This document shows, piece by piece, positions 12,301-24,200 of a stretch of DNA of 64,000 nt. This DNA is from Chiloscyllium plagiosum. Taxonomy: Eukaryota. Under the pieces are notes generated by a model. The model saw only the letters and a list, made by a program, of their open reading frames with translations. It searched no databases and was not told where the DNA came from. The stretch covers positions 25,237,261-25,301,260 of the forward strand of contig NC_057718.1 in assembly GCF_004010195.1 (NCBI RefSeq), in the 5' to 3' direction. The translations under genes and the position numbers were made by a program. Position 1 is the first letter of the stretch; each line of letters opens with the position of its first letter.

Positions 12301-13102
12301 TATTCTTTGAGCTAGCTTGGTATAACAGCCAGTTTTTTGAGAATTTTCTATCTTCGTGAAAAAAAAACTGGGCTTAATGAATCTGTATTTTGTCCTTGCT
12401 GTAAAATACTGACAATATTTTCAGTTCAGCAGCTGAGATCAGCAAGCTCAGCAGAGATGAGTGAGAAAAACGAGGATCTTAGCCTGTACATTGCAATGCT
12501 CATAGCTATCAGCAGCTGAAGCATTGCAAAATGTAATTTTCACATTTTAATTTTCACATTTGCAAACTTTGTAAAGCTTGACTTTATGTTGAAACTTTAT
12601 TCAGACATAAGGTCATACAGCATGGGATCAGACTCTTCAGTCTGATGCTGGTCCATGCTGACCAAGTTTCCCAAACTAAACTAATCCCATTTGACCATGT
12701 TTTGGCCCATATCCCTCTAAACCTTTTCTATTCATGTACCTGTCCTAACGTCTTTTAAATGTTGTACCTATACCTGCATCTCTGGCAGTTCATTATGAAC
12801 CACCCTTTGTGTGAAAAAATTGCTGCTCAAGTCCCTTTTAAACTTTTATCCTCTCACTGTAAGTTTTGAATTCCCCCAGCCAAGGGCAAAGACCTTTGCT
12901 ATTCACCTTATCTATGCTCCTCATGACTTTATAAACCTCAAAAAGGTCACCCCTCAACCTCTTTTGCTGCAGTGAATAAAGAGACCTATCCAGCCTCTCC
13001 TTATAAGTGAAACTCTCCATTCCTAGCAACATCTTTCTAAATCTTTTCTGAACCCTCTCCAATTTAATAATCCTTCCAATAGCAAGGCAACCAGAGCTAC
13101 AC

Positions 13103-13406
13103 GGCACGGTGGCTCAGTGGTTAGCACTGCTGCCTCACAGTGCCAGGGACCTGGGTTCGATTCCTGCCTCTGGCGACTGTCTGTGTGGAGTTTGCACATT
13201 CTCCCCCACCTCTGAGTGCTCCAGTTTCCTCCCACAATCTAAAGATGTGCAGGCTAGGTGAATTGGCTATGCTAAATTGCCCATAGTGTGAGGTACGTTA
13301 GTCAGGAGTAAATATAGGGGAATGGGTCTGGGTGGGTTACTCTTCGGAGGGTCGGTGTGGACTTGTTGGGCCGAAAGGCCTGTTTCCACACTGTAAGGAA
13401 TCTAAT
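13103..13406 (+). mobile_element. HE1-type V-SINE (tRNA-derived)
   Basis: ggcacggtggctcagtggttagcactgc A box, ggttcgattcc B box, V-domain core, tctaa tail, ctacac TSD on both sides. Confidence 0.9.
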
Positions 13407-14264
13407 CTACACACAGTACTCCTAAAGTGGCCTCACTAAAGCCCTGAACAACCTCAACATGATGTCCCAACACACCTACACTGAATGATCTAAGATTATC
13501 TGTGACGCACCTTTCGTAGATCTATTACCTGAATCCTTAGTTCTCTCTGTTGGACAACACTACCTCAGGCCCTACCATTAATTGTATAAGTCCTATTCTT
13601 GTTTGTCTTATCAAAGTGCAACATCTCACATTTAGCCAAATTAAACTCCATCTGCCACCCCTTAGCCCTTTGGCCTCAGCGATCAAGATCTCTTTGTAAT
13701 CTTTGATTACCTTCTTTACCATTCACTATGCCACCAATTCTGGTGTTGTCTGTGAATTTACTAACCATGCTTCCTAAAGTATCATCCAAATCGTTTATGT
13801 AAATGACAAACAACAGTGGACCTAGCACCAATCCCTGTAACACTGCTGGTCACAGGCCTCCCGTCTGAAAAAAACAACCCTCCACCACTACCATCCTTTA
13901 CCTTCTATCATCAAGCCAATTGGTCTCCAATTGGTGAGTTCTCCCTGAATCTCATGTGATCTAAATTTATTGATCAGTCTACCATATGAAACCTTGTCAA
14001 AGGCTTTACTAAAGTTCATGTACACAGCATCTGTCACTTTGCCTTCCTATCCTTTTTGGTCATATCCATAACAAATTCAATTGAGTTTGTGAGACACAAT
14101 TTACCAAGCACAGAGTCGTGCAAAGTGTGCCTAATCCCGAATTTGCCTCTCCAAATGCATGTAAATCCTAACTCTCAGAATTCCCTCCAACAACTTACCC
14201 ACCATTGATGTTAAAAACACCGTTCTCTAGATCCTAAGATTCTCCTTATGGCCTTTCTTTCAGG

Positions 14265-14535
14265 ATGGCATGGTAGTTCTGTGGTCAGCACTGATGACCC
14301 ACAGCCCCAGGGGCCCGGGTTTGAATCCATCTTCAGGTGACTGACTGTGTGGAGTTTGACCATTCTCCCCATGTCTCCTTGGGTTTCCTCCACTGTCCAC
14401 AGATGTACAGGCTAGATGGATTAACCATGGAAAATGCAGTGTTACAGGGATGGGGTGAGTCTGGGTTGGATGTTCTTTGGAGGGTCAGAATGGACTGAAT
14501 GGCCTGTTTCCACACTGTAGAGATTCTATGAGTCT
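14265..14535 (+). mobile_element. HE1-type V-SINE (older copy)
   Basis: Diverged tRNA head, gtgtggagttt..cattctcccc core and CR1-like tail. Confidence 0.8.
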
Positions 14536-14659
14536 TAAATAAAGATTCAACATTATCCACCCTCTGGCACCTCACTCGTGGCTGTAGATAATAAAAATAT
14601 CTCAACAGAGTCTCGCAATTTCTTCTCCAGCTTCCCACAGTGTCCTGGGGTATACTTAC

Positions 14660-15290
14660 AGTCATAGAGTCACAGAGATGTGCAGCACGGAAACAGACCC
14701 TTCGGTTCAACCCATCCATGCCGACCAGTTATCCCAACCCAATCTATTCCCACTTGCCAGCACCCAGCCCATATCCCTCCAAAACCTTCCTTTTCATATA
14801 ACCATCCAAATGCCTTTTAAATGTTGCAATTGTACCAGCCTCCACCACTTCCTCTGACAGCTCATTCCACACATGTACCACCCTCTGCGTGAAAAAGTTT
14901 AGGTCTCTTTTATATCTTTCCCCTCTCACCCTAAACCTATGCCTCCAGGAAAAAGAAAGGAAAAACTTTGTCTATTTACCCTATCCATGTCCCTCATGAT
15001 TTTGTAAACCTCTATAAGGTCACCTCTCAGCCTCCGGCGCTCAAGGAAAACAGCCCCAGCGTGTTCAACCTCTCCATGTAACTCAAATGCTCCAACCCTG
15101 GCAACATCCTTGTAAATCTTTTCTGAACCCTTTCAAATTTCACAACATCTTTCTGACAGGATTGCACACAATATTCCAACAGTGGCCTAACCAATGTCCT
15201 GTACAGCCACAACATGACCTCCCAACATTTGCATTCAATGCTCTGATCAATAAAGGAAAGCATACCAAATACCTTCTTCACTCTCTATCT
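14660..15290 (-). mobile_element. 5'-truncated CR1 3' fragment nested in the older CR1
   Basis: ORFs 14744..14929 and 15027..15281 (LYRTLVRPLLEYCVQ; NFFTQRVVHVWNEL). Same family as 6580-7357. Confidence 0.88.
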
Positions 15291-15735
15291 ACTTTATCAT
15301 GTTTATTTTAAGACCTCCAGCACCTCCTCTTCAGTAATGACGACTATTTCCAAGACATCAATATTTATTTCCTTGAGTTTCCTGGCCTCTATATCTTTCT
15401 CCACAGTAAATACTGATACAAAATATTCATTTAGTATTTCTCCCATCTCATGTAGTTCCAAACATAGATGACCTCATTGATCTTTTAGAGACCCTACCCG
15501 CTATCTAGTTACTGTTTTGTTCTTAATGTCCTTGTAGAATCTCTTTGGATTATCCTTAGCCTTATCTGCCAAAGCTATCTCATATTACCTTTTTGCCCTT
15601 CTGATTTCTCTCTTGCCCCTACACTGCTTATACTCTTCACTGCTTATATTCTTCAATAAATACACTTGATCCCAATTATCTATATCTGACACACCTCCTT
15701 ATTCTTCATCAGAGCCTCAATATTTTTATTCATCC

Positions 15736-16468
15736 TGTTATGAACCAGGCCAGACCTCTCAAAACATTTCATGAAAGTGGTCCAGGCCCTAACTTTGCTC
15801 GTTGTTTTAAGCAGGTATAACACGGATATTCCAGGAGGGATGCAGTTGGACAAATCGCTAGCTTTAAACAAAACAGAATTTATTTACAAGATTACTGAAT
15901 GAAACACAAGCAAAAGGGAACAGAATGCAAATAACTTAACCTATCTGAAAACCCAACAGATCCTCCCAACTTAATGATACTGTCCCTAATACTTGCAATA
16001 ATCCCCAGAAACACCCCTCGGTGCAAAAGGTAAAATCAAACCCAGGGTCTTACAGATAGAAATCAGCAAGAGATTACCAGTCTGGCCCTTCCTTCTTTGA
16101 GTTCAGCAGCTTCAGAACACTACTATGCTAAAACCCAAACCAACCCAGGGTCTTACAGATAGAAATCAGCAAGAGATTACCAGCCTGGCCCTTCCTTCTT
16201 TGAGTTCAGCAGCTTCAGAACACTACTATGCTAAAACCCAAACCAACCCAGGGAAAAGCTGAGCTGGGAGAACTGGCCACTCCCTTTTCATTGTGCAAGT
16301 GTTTTTTTTAAAGTCTTGAAAGCCTTTTCCTGAGGCAATATCTGTTAGCTATAAACAATCTGGCCCTGAAACCCTTCAACTTAGACCTTCTGAGTATGTG
16401 TCTTTTACGACCTCTCTGAAAGTAAAACAAGGACAGAGTAACCTTGTTAAAAGAGCAGCATTGTTACA
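15736..16468. mobile_element. Solo LTR (TG...CA ends, 4-bp TSD; Gypsy-like by TSD length)
   Basis: Starts TGTTA, ends TTACA, exact ATCC TSD (15732-15735, 16469-16472). The host CR1 frame EQW-MNKNIEAL resumes across it. Confidence 0.88.
16041..16253. repeat. 103-bp tandem duplication inside the solo LTR
   Basis: Units start at 16041 and 16144 with one mismatch. The junction microhomology aacccaggg recurs at 16245. Confidence 0.92.
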
Positions 16469-17468
16469 ATCCATTGTTCCCTATTCCTATCAGCCTTACC
16501 CTTCACTCCAGCAGTAACACAATGCTTCTGAACTGTTGTTACTTCCTTTTTGAAAGCCTCCTATTTGCTATTCATTCCTTGACATGTGAACAGTTTACTC
16601 CAATCAGATTTTGAACTTTCCCAGCTCATATTGTCAACATTGGCCTCATTCCAATTCAGAGATTTTAACTTTTATACAAGGTCTATCCTTTTCCATAACT
16701 ATTTTAAAACTAATAGAATTATAATCACTGATCCCAAAGTGCTATTCCACTAACACTTCAGTCACTTGCCCTGCCTTATTTCCCAACTGAAGACCAAGTT
16801 TTGTTCCTTTGCTAGTTGGTGTGTCTACATATTAATGAAGAAATTTTTCTTGAATACATTTACCAAAGTCCTTAACACAGTCTCAGTCTATATTTGGAAA
16901 GTTAAAATCCACCACTATTATTCTTACATGTATTTGAGATTCCTATATAAGTTTGCTTCTCAGTTTCCCATTGTCTATTGGGGGGCCTGTAGTACAATCC
17001 CATCAATGTGATCATCCCTTTCTTATTTCTGAGTTCCAACCATACAGCTTCACTGAACAATCCCTCAAGGAATATCCTAGGTGCAGCAGTAATGTTTTCT
17101 CTAATCAAAAATGCCACCACCCCTTCTCTCTGGCCTCCCTTTCTATCTTTCCCACATGTATAACATCTAAACCTCAGAACACTGAGCTGCCAGTCCTTTT
17201 CCCTCCCACAGCCACATTCCTCTAATAACTATGATGTCCCACACCCATGTTTGCAAACATGCCCTGAGTTCATCCAACTTGTCAGACTCCTTGCATTGAA
17301 ATAAATACAGTTTAATTCTTCAGAGTTACCTCATTCTCTGACTTGTTCTTGCCTGTCTTGTCTGATTAACTTTGAGGAGAAAGTGAGGTCTGCAGATGCT
17401 GGAGATCAGAGTTGAAAATGTGTTGCTGGAAAAGCGCAGCAGGTCAGGCAGCATCCTGGGAACAGGAG

Positions 17469-17504
17469 AATCGACGTTTCGGGCATAAGCCCTTCTTCAG
17501 GAAT
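17469..17504 (-). ncRNA. Minimal type I hammerhead ribozyme-like motif (Penelope pLTR type)
   Basis: Minus strand attc-CTGAAGA-a-GGGC-ttat-GCCC-GAAAC-GTC-gatt: CUGANGA and GAAA core boxes, perfect 4-bp stem II, GUC triplet, palindromic rudimentary stem III. Confidence 0.65.
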
Positions 17505-17535
17505 GAGGAAAGTGTGTCCAGCAGGCTAAGATAAA

Positions 17536-17676
17536 NNNNNNNNNNNNNNNNNNNNNNNNNNNNNNNNNNNNNNNNNNNNNNNNNNNNNNNNNNNNNNNNN
17601 NNNNNNNNNNNNNNNNNNNNNNNNNNNNNNNNNNNNNNNNNNNNNNNNNNNNNNNNNNNNNNNNNNNNNNNNNNNN
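17536..17676. other. Assembly gap
   Basis: Run of N. Confidence 1.
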
Positions 17677-18847
17677 AGAGGTGTCCTCTGAACCCCCCCG
17701 CAAGTAGGCGGCCTGTCTCCCCAATATAGGGGAGACAGGCCGCCTACTTGAAGAAGGGCTTATGCCCGAAACGTCGATTCTCCTGTTCCCTGGATGCTGC
17801 CTGACCTGCTGCGCTGTTCCAGCAACACATTTTCTTGTCTAATTAACTTGCTCACTTTAAATTCTGAACCATCCTCATCTGTCTCTCTATTCTCATTACT
17901 AGTTGGACTCCACTCCACTCCACTCACACCCCCAGCAAATCTTCCCACCAGGATATTGGTCCTGCTCCAGTTCAGGTGTATCCTGTCCCTTTTGAACAGA
18001 TCTCTTCTGCCCCAGAATAGATCCTAATGATCCAAAGATCTGAATCCCTGCCAATGGCACTATTTTCTCAGCCACTGATTTATCTGCCCTACCTTTCTAT
18101 TCCTACTCTCACTAGGACGTGACACTGACGGTAATCCAGAGATTACTACCTTTGAGGTTCTGCTTTTTAACCTCCCACCTAAAAACCTTAACCCTTTCAC
18201 TAACTTATGTCATTCTTACCAATGTGTACAACAACCTCCAGCTTCTCACTCTCCCCGTGGACAATATGCTGCAACCATTCTGAGACATCCTTGAACCTGA
18301 CATCAGAGAGGCAACACACCATCCTGAATTCTTGCCCATGACCGCAGAATCACCTGTCTGTGCCTCTGACTGAAGAGTACCCTATAATGATCGTTTATTT
18401 GGGCCTTGCCAAATCCCAATTAACAGAAGATGCATTCTCGGTACCCAAGAAGTGCCACATCTCCAATAGTTATTTATGTACCAGTTTCAGGTGAATCTAC
18501 ATCACTTTGTAATCATCACAGTTATCAATGGCAGTTCTCACTTGCAGGATTTTCTCTTGTGAAATTTGTACTCATTGTGATGATTAATGTTAGTGATATG
18601 GACTTTGAACACTTTTAGTTTTAAACATCCGCCTGTGAATGTTCTTTCCCTTTTCTATCCTCTGATTGGTAGTTGTAAGAGAGTTGAGAATCAGTGAATC
18701 TTTCAGCTGTCTGAAATGTAGGACTGAATTTTATCAGAAGTTGGCTAAATGTCAATTTTGTTGAGTTTCACAGAGGGTTTCCTCTCCATGTACCCTAACT
18801 TGTTTACTTATGCTATCTTCTCAAATTCATTGCATTATCGGCACAGT

Positions 18848-19325
18848 GGCATGGTGGCATAATGGTTAGCACTGCTGCCTCACAGTGCCAGAGACTGGTG
18901 TTCAATTCCTGCCTTAGGCAACTGTCTGTGTGAAGTTTGCACATTCTCCCCGGGTCTGCGTGGGTTTCCTCTGGGTGCTCTGGTTTCCTCCCACAGTCCA
19001 AAGATGTGCAGGTCAGGTGAATTGGCCATGGTAAATTACCCATTGTGCTAGGTTTAGATTACTTACAATGTGAAAACAGGCCCTTTGGCCCAACAAGTCC
19101 ACACCGACCCGTCACCCATTCTCCTACATTTAACCCTTCACCTAACACTGCGGGTAATTTAGCATGGCCAATTCACCTAACCTGCACATTTTTGGATTGT
19201 GGGAAGAAACCAGAGTGAAGGGGTAAATATAGGGGAATGGGTCTGGGTGGGTTGCTCTTCAGAGTGTTGGTGTGGATTTGTTGGGCAGAAGGGCCTGTTT
19301 CCACGGTGTAAATAACCTAATTTAA
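18848..19325 (+). mobile_element. HE1-type SINE interrupted by an antisense 5'-truncated HE1 copy (about 19052-19215)
   Basis: Plus-strand head and core run to about 19050, then a reverse-complement tail and core, then the plus-strand tail resumes at about 19216. Confidence 0.82.
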
Positions 19326-19422
19326 TCTGAGCACCATACCCTTATGACATCCCTGTCATCATGTTGCCCCACTCCCTGCAGATGACACTGCTGACCAATG
19401 CCAGGTTTTGTGCTGCCAGGAG

Positions 19423-19737
19423 ATTAGATTAGATTCCCTACAATATGGAAACAGGCCATTTGGCCTAACAGGTCCACATCAACCCTCTGAAGAGTAACCC
19501 ACTCAGACCCATTTCCCTTTGACTAATGAACCTAACACTACAGGCAATTTAGCATGGCCAATCCACCTGACTTGCAAGTCTTTGGACTGTGGGAGGAAAC
19601 CAGAGCACCGGAGGAAACCCATCAGTCATGGGGAAAATGTGCAAACTCCACACAGATTGTCCCCAAGGCTGGAATTGAACCCAGGTCCCTGGTGTTACGA
19701 GGCAGCAATGCTAACCACTGAGCCACTGTGCCACCCC
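19423..19737 (-). mobile_element. HE1-type V-SINE
   Basis: Full reverse-complement copy with ttaga repeats at the left end. Confidence 0.9.
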
Positions 19738-20460
19738 AATCGTAGCACCTTTAAAGCCCAACCATGCACCCAGTCAAACACTGGCAGTCTGCAGCTACCC
19801 TGCACTACAAAGGCAAAGTGGCATCCTGCTTTCCTGACAGGGACCTATAGGTCCTAGTGGACAGGGCTTTGGATGTGGTTGCTGGACATGGAGCATGCCC
19901 TGAGGTGTTGGTGACTGATGGAGTACCAGAGGAGCAAGCAGTAAGCTGGAGTCTCCAGCTGTCATATTGGGAATTGTCAGCATCAAGTTTATACCTGGTG
20001 GGTGAGAGAGTGGGAAAACTGGATACCAGTGAGGTGCGATTACATCATAAAGATGCTAATTTGTGCAGACAGGCCTCATGCCACTCACTAATGCTATTCT
20101 CGTATCACTGTTCAATAGTTGGTTGGAAAGCAGGACATTTTTCTCTGGATGTTGGGGTACACATCACAACAACATCTCTCTACTGCACCATTCTGCATCC
20201 ACCCAGCACAAGACCCCAAACTGTGTGAATTCAGGCGGCATTACCACCACATTTGAAAACTCCCTTAAAAGGACCAGAATCTAGCTCTCCTAAGTAAGAC
20301 TAAGCACCGGTCAAATTCACTAAAACACTTAGCAGTACTACCTTCAAGACAGTAGATCATTTCCAAAAATTCACTAATTAAATTCATTAATTAGAAAAGA
20401 CAGTTAGTTATTTCTAGATAAAATAGAGAAATTTGGAATTTTTGCAAATTGTTCTAATTG

Positions 20461-21008
20461 AATTGAATTGAATTTATTGTCACGAGGCACAGTGAAAAGC
20501 TTTGTCTTGTGAGCAAAACAGGCAGATCACAGAGTTAAGTAGCATAGATGAGTAAATTATAGGTAAACAGCGGCAAAAAGCTAAAACAGAGGAACAGGCG
20601 AATGTTAAGAGTTTGTGAGTCAATTCAGTATTCTAACAACAGTAGGGTAGAAACTGTTTCGAAACTGGCTGGTGCGTGTGTTCAGGCTTCTGTACCTTCT
20701 CCCTGATGGTAGAGGTTGTAGAAAAACATTGCCAGGATGGGATGAATCTTTGAGAATACTGGCAGCCTTTCCTTGACGGCAGGCCTGGTAGATGAATTCA
20801 ATGGATGGGAGGTTGGCCTTTGTGATTGCCAGTTCACCACTCTCTGTAACCGTCTGCAATCCTGAATGGTACATTTGCCATACCAGGTAGTGATACATCC
20901 AGACAGAACACTCTTGATGGCGCACCTATAAAAGTTGGCAAGGGTTTCGTTGTCATGCCAAATTTCCTTAGCTGCCTGATGTAGAAAAGACGTTGTTGGG
21001 TCTTTGTA
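20461..21008 (-). mobile_element. Rex1/Babar-type LINE 3' fragment
   Basis: ORF 20620..20925 ends ILKDSSHPGNVFLQPLPSGRRYRSLNTRTSQFRNSFYPTVVRILN, the Rex1 C-terminal signature. Flanked by ctaattg at 20454-20460 and 21009-21015. Confidence 0.88.
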
Positions 21009-21039
21009 CTAATTGGAATTTGGTGTTTTGTTTTGACAG

Positions 21040-21146
21040 AGTTAAAAAGGAGACATGATCACATTCACTGTGTGGTTAATGTGCACCATCTTGATCATGT
21101 GTTAGTAGCTACATTAAAAGGGATTATTCTACTTTATAACAGCCAG
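21040..21146 (+). CDS. WDR64: WDR64 coding exon C (107 nt; phase 1 to 0)
   Basis: Acceptor ttttgttttgacag, donor CAG|gtaagt. Encodes (E)LKRRHDHIHCVVNVHHLDHVLVATLKGIILLYNSQ, compare recalled human [33 protein letters not shown]. Confidence 0.92.
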
Positions 21147-21760
21147 GTAAGTCTGAGAATCATTATTTTTTTAATATTGCAAACTCAGGTAACTTAAGAT
21201 TCATGGAAAAGTAAGTAGAATACAAGTGTAAACTTTTAAAAATTATTTATTGGACAGTTAAAAAGTGTGGCATCAGTGATCATCCATACCAACAATAACA
21301 ATAACAACATATTAATCTAGCACCGTTAGCATCATAAACCATCTCCAGGTCTTTCAAAGGAATATTACAAAATAAAGGATGACACTGAATTGCATAACAA
21401 GATGACAGGTCAAATTACCAACATCTTGGTCAAAGCAATAGCTTTAATAGCATATCTAAAAGGAAGGAAGCGAGGTAGGGGCAGAAAGGCGTAGAGCAAA
21501 TGTTCCAGACCTTATGACCAAGGTAACCTGACAATCAGGATTAGAGCAATTAAAATTAAAGATTGAACTTAAAAGTAAAATCATAGTGTAGTAGAAGAAA
21601 AAATAATTTGATTGGGGTGCATTGAATTTGTCCTATTGAAGCAAATTATTCTACAAGCAGAGTATTTGTGTTATTCTACTGAGAAACACAGACTTGAGGA
21701 AACCATTTTCCAACAGAAACAAATTGGGTAGAAGTGTCCATGTTTATGTGTTGCCTTTTT

Positions 21761-22079
21761 AGATTAGATTAGATTCTCTGCAGTGTGGAAATAGGCCCTT
21801 TGGCCCAACAAGTTCACACCGACCCTTCGAAGAGTAACCCACCCAGACCCATTTCCCTCTGACTAATGCACCTAACATTATGGGCAATTTGACATGGCCA
21901 ATTCACCTGACCTGCACATCTTTGGACTGTGGGAGGAAACCGGAGCACCCGGAGGAAACCCACGCAGACACGGGGAGAATGTGCAAACTCCACACAAACA
22001 ATTGCCTGAGGCTGGAATCAAACCAGAGTCCCTGGTGCTGTGAGGCAGCAGTGCCAACCACTGAGCCACTGTGCCACCC
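21761..22079 (-). mobile_element. HE1-type V-SINE
   Basis: Full reverse-complement copy. Confidence 0.9.
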
Positions 22080-22524
22080 AAAAATAATAACTCGTTAACT
22101 ATTTCTTTCTACACTTGTGTTATTTTCCTACTCAGGGATGCTATGTCATCTGGAGTAGATGGGACTCGAACTCAGGATGCTTAGGGCCAGAGGTAGGGAC
22201 ACTAACACTCCATCAATAGAGCCTTTTGAGGAAGCAAAACCTAGCCAATTCTGAACTAATTCTGATTTTGTAAAACCGTATCATTTCCTTGGTTATATAG
22301 TTACTGTACCTTCATTGCCGCAGCATCACATTCCAGGAACTTCTTTCTAACTGCGTTGCAGAAGCACCCTCACAAACTAACTAAAGGGGTTCTAGTAGAA
22401 AGTGCAGCATATGCCAAAATTAGCCAATAAAATGCTGATCTCAACATCATTCATCACTTCTGAAGAATATTTATACAATTAATATTAGGCTGGACTCTGA
22501 GGAAATAATAATTTTCCTTTAAAA

Positions 22525-24200
22525 ATTGGGCAATGTAAAAGTTGGGGAAGTTTGGAGTTTGGAGCTAAAGGTAGACAAGTCTCCTGGCCCTGATGGAATG
22601 CATCCCAGGTACTAAATGAGATGACAGGAGAAATAGCAAATGTGCTTGTGGTAATTTTCCAAAATTCTCTGGACTCTGGGGCAATTCCTGATGAAGCACT
22701 TTTGCCAGATGCTGACTGACCTGCGGTGCTTTTTCAGCACCACTCTAATCTTGACTTTAATCTCCAGCATCTGCAGTACCCACTTCCGCCCCGCTGGGGC
22801 AGTTCCAGCAGATTGGAAAATAGTGAATGTGTCACCACTATTTAAAAAAGAAGGTAGACAAGGGATGGGGAATGATAGGCCAGTTAGCTTAACATCTGTA
22901 GTGGGAAAATGCTTGAATTTATCATCAAGGAAGAAATAGCAAGACATCTAGATAGAAATCGTTCAATTAGGCAGACACACCATGGGTTCATAAAAGATAT
23001 GTCATGTTTAAAAATATTACTGGAATTCTATGAAAACATTTCGAGCATGGTCAACAATGGGGACCCAGTGTATCTAGACTTCCAAAAGGCATTCAACAAG
23101 GTGCTCACAAAAGGCTGCTGTGTAAAATTTAAAAAAAGCATGGTGTTGCAGGCAATCTATTAGTATAGGTAGATGATGGGTTAACCAACAGGAAGTAAAG
23201 AGTGGAGATAAATGCGTGCTTTTCTGGTTGGTGATCAGTGACCAGTGGTGTGCCTCAGGGATCAGTATTGGGACTGGAATTATTTACAACTTATATAGAT
23301 GATTTGAAGTTGGGGATCACGTGTAGTGTGTCAAAGTTTGCAGTTGACACATTGATGAGTGGCAGAGCAAAGTCTGCAGAGGACAGTGAAAGTCTGCAGA
23401 GGGAGAGAGATCAATTAAGTGAGTGGCAGATGGAGTACAATGTTGACAAATGTGAAGTCATCCATTTTGATAGGAATAACAGTAAAAAGACAATTATTTG
23501 AAAGGTAAAAACATTGCAGCACGCTGCTGTGCAGAGGGATCTGGGTGTGCTTGTGCATGAATCACAGAAGGTTGGTCTGTAGGTGCAACAGGTAATGAAG
23601 AAGGCAAATGCTAAAGGGATTGAGTTTAAATGCAGGGAAGTTACGTTGCAGTTGAACAGAGTGCTGGTGAGGCCATACCTGGAGTACTGTATGCAATTTT
23701 GGTCTCCTTAATTGAAAAAGGATGTACTGACACCCACAGAGGGGAGCAGAAGTGGTTCACTCAGTTGAGTCCGGAGTTGAGTGGTTGGCTTATGATGAAA
23801 GGCTGAGTAGACTGGGATTATATTTATCGGAATTTAGAAGAATAAGAGGGGATCTTATAGAAACATAAAATTATGATGGGAATAGATAAGATAAATGTAG
23901 AGAGGATGTTTCCAGTAGCAGGTGAAACTAGGACAAGAGGGCATAGCCTCAGAATTGGGGAGAGCAGATTTAGGACTGAATTGAGAAGGAACTTCTTCAC
24001 CCAGAGGGTTGTGAATCTATGGCCAGTAAAAAATTGAGGCTTCTCATTGAATGTTTTTAAAGCTAAGACAGATACTTTTTTGAATAGTAAAAGAATTAAG
24101 GAATATGGTGAGAGGGTGGGTAAGTGGAGCTGAGGCCAAGAAAAGATCAGCCACGATCTTACTGCATGGCCTACTCCTGCTCCTAGTTCTTATGTTCTTA
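22525..24200 (+). mobile_element. 5'-truncated CR1 LINE, interrupted at 22689-22793
   Basis: KSPGPDG, RPVSLTSVVGK, YLDFQKAF, SGVPQGSVLG and a ttcttatg tail. Confidence 0.88.
22689..22793 (+). mobile_element. Short Penelope pseudo-LTR insertion (hammerhead motif partly deleted)
   Basis: ctgatgaagcacttttgcc..gatgctg..tgacctgc..ttttcagcaccac. TSD ctggggca(a/g)ttcc at 22676-22688 and 22794-22806. Confidence 0.75.

Larger units (their letters stand above)
17373..17832 (-). mobile_element. Penelope-like insertion with an inverted pseudo-LTR at its other end (spans N-gap)
   Basis: pLTR at 17374-17535 and an inverted partial copy at 17749-17832. GIY-YIG remnant (atataggggagacaggccgcctacttg, IGETGRLL). 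TSD tcttgtct(g/a)attaactt at 17356-17372 and 17833-17849. Confidence 0.82.
12605..18420 (-). mobile_element. Near full-length decayed CR1 LINE carrying five nested insertions
   Basis: Colinear on the minus strand: ORF1 esterase at about 17900-18400 (IHLNWSRTNILVGRFA), APE region VWLELRNKKGMITLMGLYYRPPN (ORF 16902..17120), RT region at 13400-14650, 3' tail at about 12605. Confidence 0.8.

Noticed and set aside
13103..13180. tRNA-like sequence here and at other SINE heads
   Set aside because: A and B boxes run directly into the V-SINE core, so these are SINE heads, not tRNA genes.
16041..16253. CRISPR-like or satellite array
   Set aside because: Only two adjacent units with no spacers, and the context is eukaryotic.
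21878..22098. Recurring ORFs such as MGNLAWPIHLTCTSLDCGRKPEHPEETH
   Set aside because: Translations of HE1 SINE copies, not a gene family.
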